From assembly GCA_029856045.1 (NCBI GenBank), contig JAHQWG010000035.1:32001-96000 (forward strand): 64,000 nt of DNA. Reading direction: 5' to 3'. The first letter of the stretch is position 1; each line of letters starts with the position of its first letter. This DNA is from Promethearchaeia archaeon (GTDB lineage: Archaea; Asgardarchaeota; Lokiarchaeia; Sigyniarchaeales; SOKP01). A program made the translations under genes and the position numbers. The notes under the pieces are model-generated. The model was not told where the DNA came from. It worked only from the letters and a program-made list of their open reading frames with translations, and made no database searches. This document shows, piece by piece, positions 40,666 to 49,574 of this stretch.

Positions 40666-43600
40666 TTAAGGTTTTAAATTCTTATTATCAATTGGAGTGT
40701 TATTATGTTTTTTGTTTTTTATTTTTTTTTTCATATCAGTTATTTGATTTTTCTTTTGCTTTCTTCTTATTACAGTTGATGATACAGTTAAAACAATTGC
40801 AAAACCAAAAATACCTGTTAGAGCAGGCATATTATAATTAGAAACATACTGTTCTTCTGAATCGGTTTCTTCATTGTTTGGGTCAGTCGAATTATCATTA
40901 TCTGAGGGATTATTATCAGGAATCTCAGGTAAAATGCTGATTGAGTAATATATCTGAAATGTTAATTCCTTTTTTCCTATCTCTGGATTAAATATATCGG
41001 GATCTAAGAACGGATGGATCAAGTAAAAATCAAAAATATATGAACCTGAATCTACAAAATCATAAGTTATACTATAATGGTTTTTTGGCCCTACCTGTGA
41101 TGATTCCAAAGTAATATTTTCGTTAAAAGTATCGTTAATAATAATATTTACGTACATACTTGTTCCCGATATTGGGGTATATCCTGAGGATGTATTAACG
41201 GTATAATTAAATTCTACGGTTATAGAATTTGAATTATTAGTATAACAATGCTCAGAAATTATATCTATATTGATATTTATTTCTACGGGATTTTCAATTA
41301 TTTTTTCTATTCCCGAATATACACATAAATTTCCATTTATTTTTGGAAGATAATCAGGATTGAGGTCAAGATAAATATCTTTTTCATATAAATTTTCACC
41401 GTTTCTATCCAGAATAATCGTTCCCAGCATATCGCTCTCAAATTTTACCGTTACTGGCGGTCCCAAACTGTCAAGAATCGGATTAGAAAGGTTTGCTTCT
41501 ATATGGAATGTATGCCCGAGAGTAGCATTATTATCTATTTGATAAAATAATTCGTTAAAATAATATGTCTGAAGCGTCAATTCCTTCTTACCAATTTCAG
41601 GATTATATATCTTGGGATCTAAGAATGGATGGATCACGTAAAAATCAAAAGTATATTGCCCTAGCTCTATAAGACCATAAGTCAGATTAAAATGATTTTT
41701 CTGTCCGACCCGAGATGAGCCCAATGAAACATTTTCTATAAAAGAATCGTTGAGAAATACGCTTGCATACATTTCTATTCCCGATATTAGAGTATATCCC
41801 GAGGATGTATTAACGGTATAATTAAATTCTACGGTTATAGAATTTGAATTATTAGTATAGCAATTTTCCGAAATTATGTCTATATTGGTATTTATTTCTA
41901 CGGGGGTTTCAATTATTTTTTCTATTCCCGAATACACACATATTTTACCGTCTATTTTCGGGAGGTAGTCGGGATTAAGATCAAGATAAATGTTTTTTTC
42001 ATATAAATTCTCACCGTTTTTATCCAAAACAATCGTTCCCAACTTATCGCTCTCAAATTTTACCGTTACCGTCGGTCCAAAACTGTCAAGAATTAGATTA
42101 CATAAACTCGACTCAATTCTAAATGTATATCCGAGGGTGGCATTATCATCTATTTGATAATATAACCTAATGTCATCATTTACTGCAATATCACATATCC
42201 AAAAGACCATATCCGTGTCGATGGTTTCCGAAGTATTTAAGGCAAAATATTCTTTTTCATCCCCAATATATAAACTATGAATTAGAGTCCTAACTTTCTC
42301 AATATCAAGGTCAATGGTAATATTCAAGACTTTTGAAATTTTAAACGTATAATAAACATCCCTAAAATTGGAATAATCCAACTGTGAAAAAATGTAATTT
42401 ATAATTTTTTGGGTATCTAAATTATATCTCCCTACAGATGTTAAGACATAGACCATATAATAAATATCTTTCAAAATATCGCTGAAATCATCGGAATAGT
42501 TGGGGTCATAATAAAGATATTGCGAAGATTCCATAACACCTGCGGAGATAAAGGTGCACAGTGCGTCAATGTCTATCCCGTTATTAGTTATATCCCCGTC
42601 ATCCAAGAATATATCGAGTATTTCTATGCATCTTATGGTAAAATAGGAGTAATGTAAATAAATATGGTCCTCATAATTCTCAGGCGGATATAAAGTATAT
42701 ATATAATCCGGAATAAATCCGCCGTATTTGGTATATCCGGGTTCTAAAAATTGACATGTTATTATATGCTCAAGTAACTCAGTCAGGTTGTTAGCTGAAG
42801 AAAAATCATCCAGTTTATATATAGTGTCTAAAGCGGATAAAGCATAGAAGATATGCTCTACCGAATGAAGGAATCCTATCTCTTGTGAATAAGTGTGTTT
42901 TTTTGTTCCTTTATATTCCAACGGGGCTGTTCTATAATTAACGGAAGTTAAATTTGATGTGGCAGGTCCGTAGAATGTACCTTCACCAAGATTACCGAAA
43001 GTATAATTTTTATGAGCCGATTCTATGAGTTCATATAACTCCTGCAGATTTAAATCGGGGATTCTATAATTTAAATCGAAAGAGCTAACGGTATTCCAGA
43101 CTACCTTTAGAGAAGTATGGTCTCTTGATAGAGATGAGAACCCTTCTATTTGCTGGAATCTTAGGATAAATTGGTAAATTTCTTCTCTTGCTAAATCATC
43201 AAGATAAAAAAGTTTTTCATTCCTTTTGAAATACCTTATAACCTCATAAGTATCAATTAACTCATAGGTCCCCAAAAATTGAGTATTCTCCCAACCTCCG
43301 CCATTCATTCTAATGTTTAACAAAAAATCTGTTGATAATGAATTATTATAGTTATAGCCGATAAGGTCTGCAACCTCCATCGTTAAAGCGGTCGAAAAAA
43401 TATTATAAGTTTTTGTAATTTTGTTAAAATAATTATAATAAAAACAACCCGAATCTATATCGTACAATCCATCGATATACTGTAAGAGATTTTCAATGTT
43501 TATCACGTCCAGCATTTCAAAAGAATCAAGTATAGTAATAGCAAAAAATGTGGATCTCAAGTTAGGATCATATCTTAAAACTGTATCTACTAAATCTTCC

Positions 43601-44409
43601 AAATCATTATTAAACCCACCGTGGGTGTACGAATTATAGGGACTCTGGACTTGAAGTGAATTCAGGAAGGCAATAATTTGGTTTCTCTGAACAAGGTAAT
43701 AATCCCAATTTATGTTAAGGACATTCAATAATTCGACGGCAAAAAATGTATTTTCTGCCGTTGGAATATTTTGCGGGGAACTATCGGGAGAAGGACAACC
43801 AAAAAATCCACCAGTATCCGGATCGTGGCAGCTCCATATATAATCCGTAATATCTTCCTGGTTTAATGCACTTAGCTCATCCAATATAATCAAAGAAAAA
43901 ATGGCATAACAATATGTCAAGAGGGGAGAGTTTTGATAATAAGCTTCCGAGTCTATAAGATCATAAAACCTAAGGGAATAATCATCTTGAAATTCATTGT
44001 TCACAGAATCATAATGAGACATTATATATTGTAAGACTTTTCCCTCATCGATTTGATGTAATTTGCTGATTGCATCCAGAACATACAGAGCAAAATAAGT
44101 ATCCCTGATTGATGGAGAATAATATTCCTGGAAGCATCCATATTGATTATAATCAGATAGTCTGTCATCTAAAAGATCATCGACATTTGATTGGTTTAGA
44201 CCATATTCTGATGAGTCTATACGTTTTATATTTGCCTGGGAAAAATCAATCGAGACCATTTTCTTAGATGATAATAAAGAAATAAATCCAGACATTCCTA
44301 CAATGAATATTATTAGATTTCCAATCAATATTTTTTGTTTAATTTTAATCAATTTAATCAAAAGAAGACTAAAAATATACATATATAAAAAAAAAAAGGT
44401 AATTTTCAA
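40666..44409 (-). CDS. Large membrane-anchored extracellular protein with prenyltransferase/squalene-cyclase-type alpha/alpha repeats and a duplicated beta domain
   Basis: Repeated GGF...T[FY]xA units, N- and C-terminal TM helices, basic tail. Confidence 0.8.
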   Translation of the reverse strand: MKITFFFLYMYIFSLLLIKLIKIKQKILIGNLIIFIVGMSGFISLLSSKKMVSIDFSQANIKRIDSSEYGLNQSNVDDLLDDRLSDYNQYGCFQEYYSPSIRDTYFALYVLDAISKLHQIDEGKVLQYIMSHYDSVNNEFQDDYSLRFYDLIDSEAYYQNSPLLTYCYAIFSLIILDELSALNQEDITDYIWSCHDPDTGGFFGCPSPDSSPQNIPTAENTFFAVELLNVLNINWDYYLVQRNQIIAFLNSLQVQSPYNSYTHGGFNNDLEDLVDTVLRYDPNLRSTFFAITILDSFEMLDVINIENLLQYIDGLYDIDSGCFYYNYFNKITKTYNIFSTALTMEVADLIGYNYNNSLSTDFLLNIRMNGGGWENTQFLGTYELIDTYEVIRYFKRNEKLFYLDDLAREEIYQFILRFQQIEGFSSLSRDHTSLKVVWNTVSSFDLNYRIPDLNLQELYELIESAHKNYTFGNLGEGTFYGPATSNLTSVNYRTAPLEYKGTKKHTYSQEIGFLHSVEHIFYALSALDTIYKLDDFSSANNLTELLEHIITCQFLEPGYTKYGGFIPDYIYTLYPPENYEDHIYLHYSYFTIRCIEILDIFLDDGDITNNGIDIDALCTFISAGVMESSQYLYYDPNYSDDFSDILKDIYYMVYVLTSVGRYNLDTQKIINYIFSQLDYSNFRDVYYTFKISKVLNITIDLDIEKVRTLIHSLYIGDEKEYFALNTSETIDTDMVFWICDIAVNDDIRLYYQIDDNATLGYTFRIESSLCNLILDSFGPTVTVKFESDKLGTIVLDKNGENLYEKNIYLDLNPDYLPKIDGKICVYSGIEKIIETPVEINTNIDIISENCYTNNSNSITVEFNYTVNTSSGYTLISGIEMYASVFLNDSFIENVSLGSSRVGQKNHFNLTYGLIELGQYTFDFYVIHPFLDPKIYNPEIGKKELTLQTYYFNELFYQIDNNATLGHTFHIEANLSNPILDSLGPPVTVKFESDMLGTIILDRNGENLYEKDIYLDLNPDYLPKINGNLCVYSGIEKIIENPVEININIDIISEHCYTNNSNSITVEFNYTVNTSSGYTPISGTSMYVNIIINDTFNENITLESSQVGPKNHYSITYDFVDSGSYIFDFYLIHPFLDPDIFNPEIGKKELTFQIYYSISILPEIPDNNPSDNDNSTDPNNEETDSEEQYVSNYNMPALTGIFGFAIVLTVSSTVIRRKQKKNQITDMKKKIKNKKHNNTPIDNKNLKP
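40945..42165 (-). repeat. Intragenic tandem duplication, period 615 bp (205 aa)
   Basis: TCTATTTGATA occurs at 41534 and 42149; the two copies share long identical runs such as CYTNNSNSITVEFNYTVNTSSGY. Confidence 0.9.
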
Positions 44410-44503
44410 ATTAGAAAGAAATTCATGAAAATTTTTATATATAAATTTAATTAATTAAATAATATAAAAACAAACTTGAAAAAAATTTAAGGGAGTTGTT
44501 TTT

Positions 44504-44932
44504 TTGCCAAGAATGGATAAAAAAATTATAATTAAAGCGTCTTTAAATAAAATTTATGATATTATGAAGGACTATTCAACTTTACCTAGATGGAATATTG
44601 TTATAAATGAAGCTACTGAACTTGAACCCGGTAAATACTTCTTTAAAACAAATGTTGGAGATGTTATAAATACTGAAATAGAAAATATTCCAAATGAGAG
44701 AATGACATCGACACAAGAGGGAAGTCCGATGACTTCAATAGGATACATTTTTAAACCTGTAGATGAAGGAACCGAAGTGACACTTTGGGCAGAATTTGAA
44801 TTAGAGGATCAAAGAAATGTTATGGACATAGCAGGAGATTTATTTTTAAAGAGTTTGAAAGTATATGTTGATTATATTGAAGCTGGTGGAAATCCAGAAG
44901 AATATAAGAAGAAATTTTCAGCAATAAAGTAA
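44504..44932 (+). CDS. SRPBCC/START-fold protein
   Basis: IIIKAS..KIYD...LPRW, GTEVT and C-terminal LKSLKVYV patterns. Confidence 0.8.
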   Translation: MPRMDKKIIIKASLNKIYDIMKDYSTLPRWNIVINEATELEPGKYFFKTNVGDVINTEIENIPNERMTSTQEGSPMTSIGYIFKPVDEGTEVTLWAEFELEDQRNVMDIAGDLFLKSLKVYVDYIEAGGNPEEYKKKFSAIK

Positions 44933-45103
44933 ATTTAAAAATTCCTAAAATTCTTCCTAAATCGTTAATATCTCATGCTTCTTGGAGATATGGAGTGATT
45001 TTAATTATGATAATACCATTTTCCTTTCTTTTTATTATTATAAGTCTTAATAAAAGAAATATCTGGAAAAAATAATATAATAAAAAAAAAAAATTAATTA
45101 TTA

Positions 45104-45616
45104 TTAATCTCTGCCTGCAAAACCCCCAATAAGACCTAAAAAGCCTCCTGCAATTAATACGTATGTCCCAATATCCACTGTGTCAAGTTCTAATATTTTA
45201 AGCGGAATTATTCCATCTATTAATGGCTCGGCATCCCAAAATAAAAATGTATATATACTCAATTCCGTAGGAAGAACCCCAAAACCATATAATAAAATAT
45301 ATATACCTATTAAAATTGGCAATATTGAGCCTATAATCACTAATACGCGACTTTTTACCCCAATTAACTGAAAGATCCCTGAAATCAAGAAAAAAATAAT
45401 AACGACTACAATAATATAAATTGCAAAAGTTGGTAAACTAAATAAAGTCGCATATGAATCAGGATTGGTTAACATCTCTGGGATTTGTTTCATTGAGCCT
45501 ATTCCACCAAGATAAATGGTTACAAAAAAGAATTCAAATGCAAAAAAAGATAAAAAGTATGTTGCTACTATCGTTAAAAGTCCAGCTAATACACTAAAAA
45601 TTTTTCCAGCACCCAT
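45104..45616 (-). CDS. Hypothetical membrane protein
   Basis: About four TM helices; GAGG SD. Confidence 0.7.
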   Translation of the reverse strand: MGAGKIFSVLAGLLTIVATYFLSFFAFEFFFVTIYLGGIGSMKQIPEMLTNPDSYATLFSLPTFAIYIIVVVIIFFLISGIFQLIGVKSRVLVIIGSILPILIGIYILLYGFGVLPTELSIYTFLFWDAEPLIDGIIPLKILELDTVDIGTYVLIAGGFLGLIGGFAGRD

Positions 45617-45780
45617 TTTTTAATAAACCTCTTAAAAAAGATTTCGATTATAAATAATTTAATCACAGAATTATTTATAATTTATGTTATTTCTTTTACG
45701 AAATTGTCTTGTTTTTTATTCAAAAAAAAATAAATTATATATTTAAAGCGATTTTTAAGTGAATAAATATTTTCTTTATT

Positions 45781-46968
45781 GTGATACCACCTTGGCTAAG
45801 CTTTCTTCTGATAATTGCATTAATTATTATTTTTTCTAAAAAAGAATTGAGCATCATTTTGTTTTTTGGGGCTCTAATATTTGGAATTTTAACTCAAGTA
45901 GATGTAATAATTTCGATTATTTCAGTCTTTACGGATCCTTCAATCATCCTATTAGCACTTTCAGTAACATTAATCCCCATTCTCGGTGGTATAATGGAAG
46001 AGTCAGGCCTAATGCTTGAATTGGTTCAAAAAATGAAGGTTTCTAAAAGAGTTGCATTAATGACAGCTCCCGGGCTTTTTGGGCTTTTACCAGTACCGGG
46101 AGGGGCACTTCTCTCCGCTCCAATCATAGATCAAATAGATCCAAACCTTAATCCTAATCGTAAGGTTGGAATCAATGTATGGTATCGTCATGTATTAATT
46201 TTAATTTATCCTCTTTCCTCCACTCTGATTGTAGCCAGCGCCTTATCCGGTATTTTATTATATATCATTATTGCAGCGATGATTATTCCATTTATCATTA
46301 TGATAATTATTGGATACTACACATTACTTCGAACAATTGAAAAAACGGAAGACATAAATACTCGGGATCTTAAAAGAGTGTTCTTTAATATTATCCCCAT
46401 TGTGATAGCACCAATTATTGATTTTATTGGTAGAATTGTTCTAAATCTTACTATTCCAGAGATTTTTTTATTTATTGGATTAGTCTTGAGCATTTGGGTT
46501 GCTTTAAAATTTGCAAAAATGCCGGCATCAAATATAAGAAATATCGCTAAAAAAATGCAAATTTGGAGATTTCCACTTTTGATTATTGCAATGTTCTTAT
46601 TTTTAGATATATTCATAAATTCAGGGGTGCCTGAAGATATTGGAGCATTAGATCTACCGTTTATATTATTAATTTGCATCGGATTTTTACTTGGATTTGC
46701 TTTAGGGCGCGTTATATTACCAATTTCGATTTTAATTCCGATTTATTTAATCCAAAACATCTTAATAATTATGCCTCTACTTGATTTTGTATTTCTATAT
46801 TTTGCTACATTTCTGGGCTATTTAATGACCCCACTTCACCCATGTCTTGCATACAGTATCCAATACTTCAAAACTGTCTATAAAAAAGCTTTCAAAGATA
46901 TAGCAATTCCCACATTTATCTGCTTTGGTTTATTACTAATCGTTTATTTGATTATCAGTTTATTTTAA
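45781..46968 (+). CDS. DUF401-family membrane protein (ion-transporter superfamily-like)
   Basis: PGLFGLLPVPGGALLSAP, INVWYRH and TPLHPCL motifs. Confidence 0.85.
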   Translation: MIPPWLSFLLIIALIIIFSKKELSIILFFGALIFGILTQVDVIISIISVFTDPSIILLALSVTLIPILGGIMEESGLMLELVQKMKVSKRVALMTAPGLFGLLPVPGGALLSAPIIDQIDPNLNPNRKVGINVWYRHVLILIYPLSSTLIVASALSGILLYIIIAAMIIPFIIMIIIGYYTLLRTIEKTEDINTRDLKRVFFNIIPIVIAPIIDFIGRIVLNLTIPEIFLFIGLVLSIWVALKFAKMPASNIRNIAKKMQIWRFPLLIIAMFLFLDIFINSGVPEDIGALDLPFILLICIGFLLGFALGRVILPISILIPIYLIQNILIIMPLLDFVFLYFATFLGYLMTPLHPCLAYSIQYFKTVYKKAFKDIAIPTFICFGLLLIVYLIISLF

Positions 46969-47047
46969 ACCTTTCACACGTTTTTAGAGCGTGGAGGAAC
47001 TTTAAAAAAATTTATTAAAAGGAGAGAAAAAAGGAAGTAATTAAAAC

Positions 47048-48304
47048 TTATATAGGAGGGCCTTTTTCCGGATGCCTTTTATTTAATTTTAAAATTTGAA
47101 AATCGCTCCTATTTATTATATTTGTATAGTTCTCTAAAAGATTAAGTGGATAAGTATTTATGGTAAATTTGAGTGGATCTGAATGCAAATTATGAGGAAC
47201 TATATCTCGAAAATCTTCCAGACTTACATTAAAATGATGTTCCTTTTCATTTTTTAGGTCAATAATTACAATTTCACTTTCATCTGATTCTTCAATTTCT
47301 TTCCCAACTGAGATATCTTGAACAATATCAGACTTAATTATTAGCGCATCAAACACAACACCTTCAATTACTTCTTTTATCAATTTTGATGAGTTTACTA
47401 AACTTTTGAATCCTGAAATTCTCTTTTTACCGAAAATATGATTTTTAACCTGATAATTAATTGTGCTCATTTTAATTCCAATCTTATCACAAATGCTTGA
47501 GATCGAAACGGAATTAATATTTTTAGCAGTTATTGTTAAGGTGGTCACCACACCTGCGATTACATCATCTTTTGTATTCTTGATAAATGGCCAAAATTTC
47601 AGCAGTATAATATTTGCAATTTTAATGAAATCATTGTTAAAATTAAAGGATAAACAAATTTCATTTATTTTTTTAAGGATCAATTGTTTTCTATCTCTCC
47701 TAGCGTAAGCTGGATAATAGCGAGATGCTTCCATTAAAATCTCTTTAAAATCGCTTTTACTTACGTTTAAAATGTTTATAAAATGTGGAATTTCGAAATT
47801 AATTGCTTTTACTTTTGAAACCATAAAGAGAATAACGGGTACTAACTTCTCTGGTGCCCTTCCTTTAGTTCCTTTTTTTAAATTTTTCCAAACATTCTTA
47901 AAAACGAAGATACAATCAGATTTTAACGAGATAGGAAGATGTAGAGCAGTTATAATACGATTAAATTCGGAATCAGCTATTTGAAGTACAAAATTTCTAT
48001 ATCCATTAGAAATCCTTTGCATCTTTGACATTCGCTCTAACTCATATGAGCGTGAATTTGCTCTCCTTTCTAAATTAGTCCCTAATTTTGTTGTTTTCTT
48101 AAGTTCATTAGAATAAACTTGAATTGAATCTTGATTATAGGGAGAGTTATATCGAAAGATCGGTAAATCTAATGTTAATCCACAATTTCTACAAACATAA
48201 ACACCACCAGACTCGATAATGTCTTCTGATCTACAGCCGTCACAGAAAAATCCAATCGTTTTTTCCGGTAAATCAAATATTTGAAGGTTTTTATTAAACA
48301 TCAT
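47048..48304 (-). CDS. Divergent TFB/TFIIB paralog (zinc ribbon, cyclin-like repeats, C-terminal extension)
   Basis: CDGC...GVYVCRNCG; EFNRIITALHLP...KGRAPEKLV cyclin-box pattern. Confidence 0.75.
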   Translation of the reverse strand: MMFNKNLQIFDLPEKTIGFFCDGCRSEDIIESGGVYVCRNCGLTLDLPIFRYNSPYNQDSIQVYSNELKKTTKLGTNLERRANSRSYELERMSKMQRISNGYRNFVLQIADSEFNRIITALHLPISLKSDCIFVFKNVWKNLKKGTKGRAPEKLVPVILFMVSKVKAINFEIPHFINILNVSKSDFKEILMEASRYYPAYARRDRKQLILKKINEICLSFNFNNDFIKIANIILLKFWPFIKNTKDDVIAGVVTTLTITAKNINSVSISSICDKIGIKMSTINYQVKNHIFGKKRISGFKSLVNSSKLIKEVIEGVVFDALIIKSDIVQDISVGKEIEESDESEIVIIDLKNEKEHHFNVSLEDFRDIVPHNLHSDPLKFTINTYPLNLLENYTNIINRSDFQILKLNKRHPEKGPPI

Positions 48305-48687
48305 TTTTTATAGATCCGAAATTTAATTATCACTTGAATATGATAGGGTAGGAGTTTTAATTTTAAAGATTACGATTACCCTCTAGAAATGGCTTCTATC
48401 ATATTTTAAATGGAATAAAATTGAATAAAATTGAATTCTTAAGGAATAATCTAAGATCTAGTATTCTTCATCAAAAATCTAAGACCCTTTAAATTATTTA
48501 AAAAACGTCTCTGATAAAAATATAAAAAGGTACTGCAATTATATTTAAAAATTAATAAGTTTATGGTGTCAAAGGTTCTTAAATTATTAAAAAATTATTT
48601 ATGTATAAAAAACTAAAAATTAATTTTTATCTAAAAATATTAGCCTAAATCTATTAGGGTGCGTTATTTGATATGTTTCATAAAAAT

Positions 48688-49431
48688 TTACTCTAAATTT
48701 AATAATTTATTTAATTTTGGGATAATTTCATCAGAAAAATCATAATATTGAAGAAAAAGATCCAAAAATTCATCGTAATCATTTTCATTTAAATTAAAAT
48801 TTTGAAATATCAGGTTGCGCGAAATATCAGAAAGAGGAGTATTACTTATCCAATTTAAAAACTTACTAAAAAAATCGCCATTACCAGTTAAAATATAACC
48901 TAAATTAATCCAAACTTTATCAGGAACAAGTCCCTCATTATTAAATAATGTTTTTTCGATAATCCTCAAACTTTCTTTATTATTTTTTATTTTCTGTAAT
49001 GCTTTAAAATTGGTCCCATTACTTATTTTAAAGCTTTCAATGAATAGCTTTTGAGCTTCTATTTTATTCCCTGCAATTTCTTCAATCAATCCCAAGTAAT
49101 AATAATTTACATCAAAAAATTGATTGATTTTTATAGAAGCAATGAACATTTTTTTTGCAGTTTTATATTTCTTTTGCTTGAATTTTATTTTTCCTAAAAG
49201 ATATCTTGATTCGAAATCTTCAGGATCGTTCAGTATTGCTTTATTGAGAAAATCTTCACTTTCTACAAATTTTCTTAACTTATAAAGAACCTTTGCCATA
49301 AAACCATAAGCAGTACTATAATTAATATTAATTTCAAATATGTTTTTCAGAAGATTGTATGCTTCTTCAATATTATTCTCGCTATATTGAAATTCCGCTT
49401 CCAACATTAGGTTTTCTAATTTAGAATTCAT
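48688..49431 (-). CDS. TPR-repeat protein
   Basis: About four TPR units in the N-terminal half. Confidence 0.8.
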   Translation of the reverse strand: MNSKLENLMLEAEFQYSENNIEEAYNLLKNIFEININYSTAYGFMAKVLYKLRKFVESEDFLNKAILNDPEDFESRYLLGKIKFKQKKYKTAKKMFIASIKINQFFDVNYYYLGLIEEIAGNKIEAQKLFIESFKISNGTNFKALQKIKNNKESLRIIEKTLFNNEGLVPDKVWINLGYILTGNGDFFSKFLNWISNTPLSDISRNLIFQNFNLNENDYDEFLDLFLQYYDFSDEIIPKLNKLLNLE

Positions 49432-49574
49432 CTATAAATGAACTCAAGAATTTTTTTATCCAATATGGTTAAATAAATCTTTATTATGATTTTATAATAA
49501 TTTATCTGTATTTTTTGTTAATACTAATTTTTTTTTTATTGAATTCAAAAAATTTGATGATTTTTCTTTTTATA

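Noticed and set aside
44960-45000. Hairpin ATATCTC...GAGATAT between convergent genes
   Set aside because: No AUGA/GA core and no UGA-containing gene nearby. At most a terminator-like hairpin.
46972-47000. Short CACG/CGTG hairpin between the DUF401 and TFB-like genes
   Set aside because: The stem is too short to distinguish from chance.
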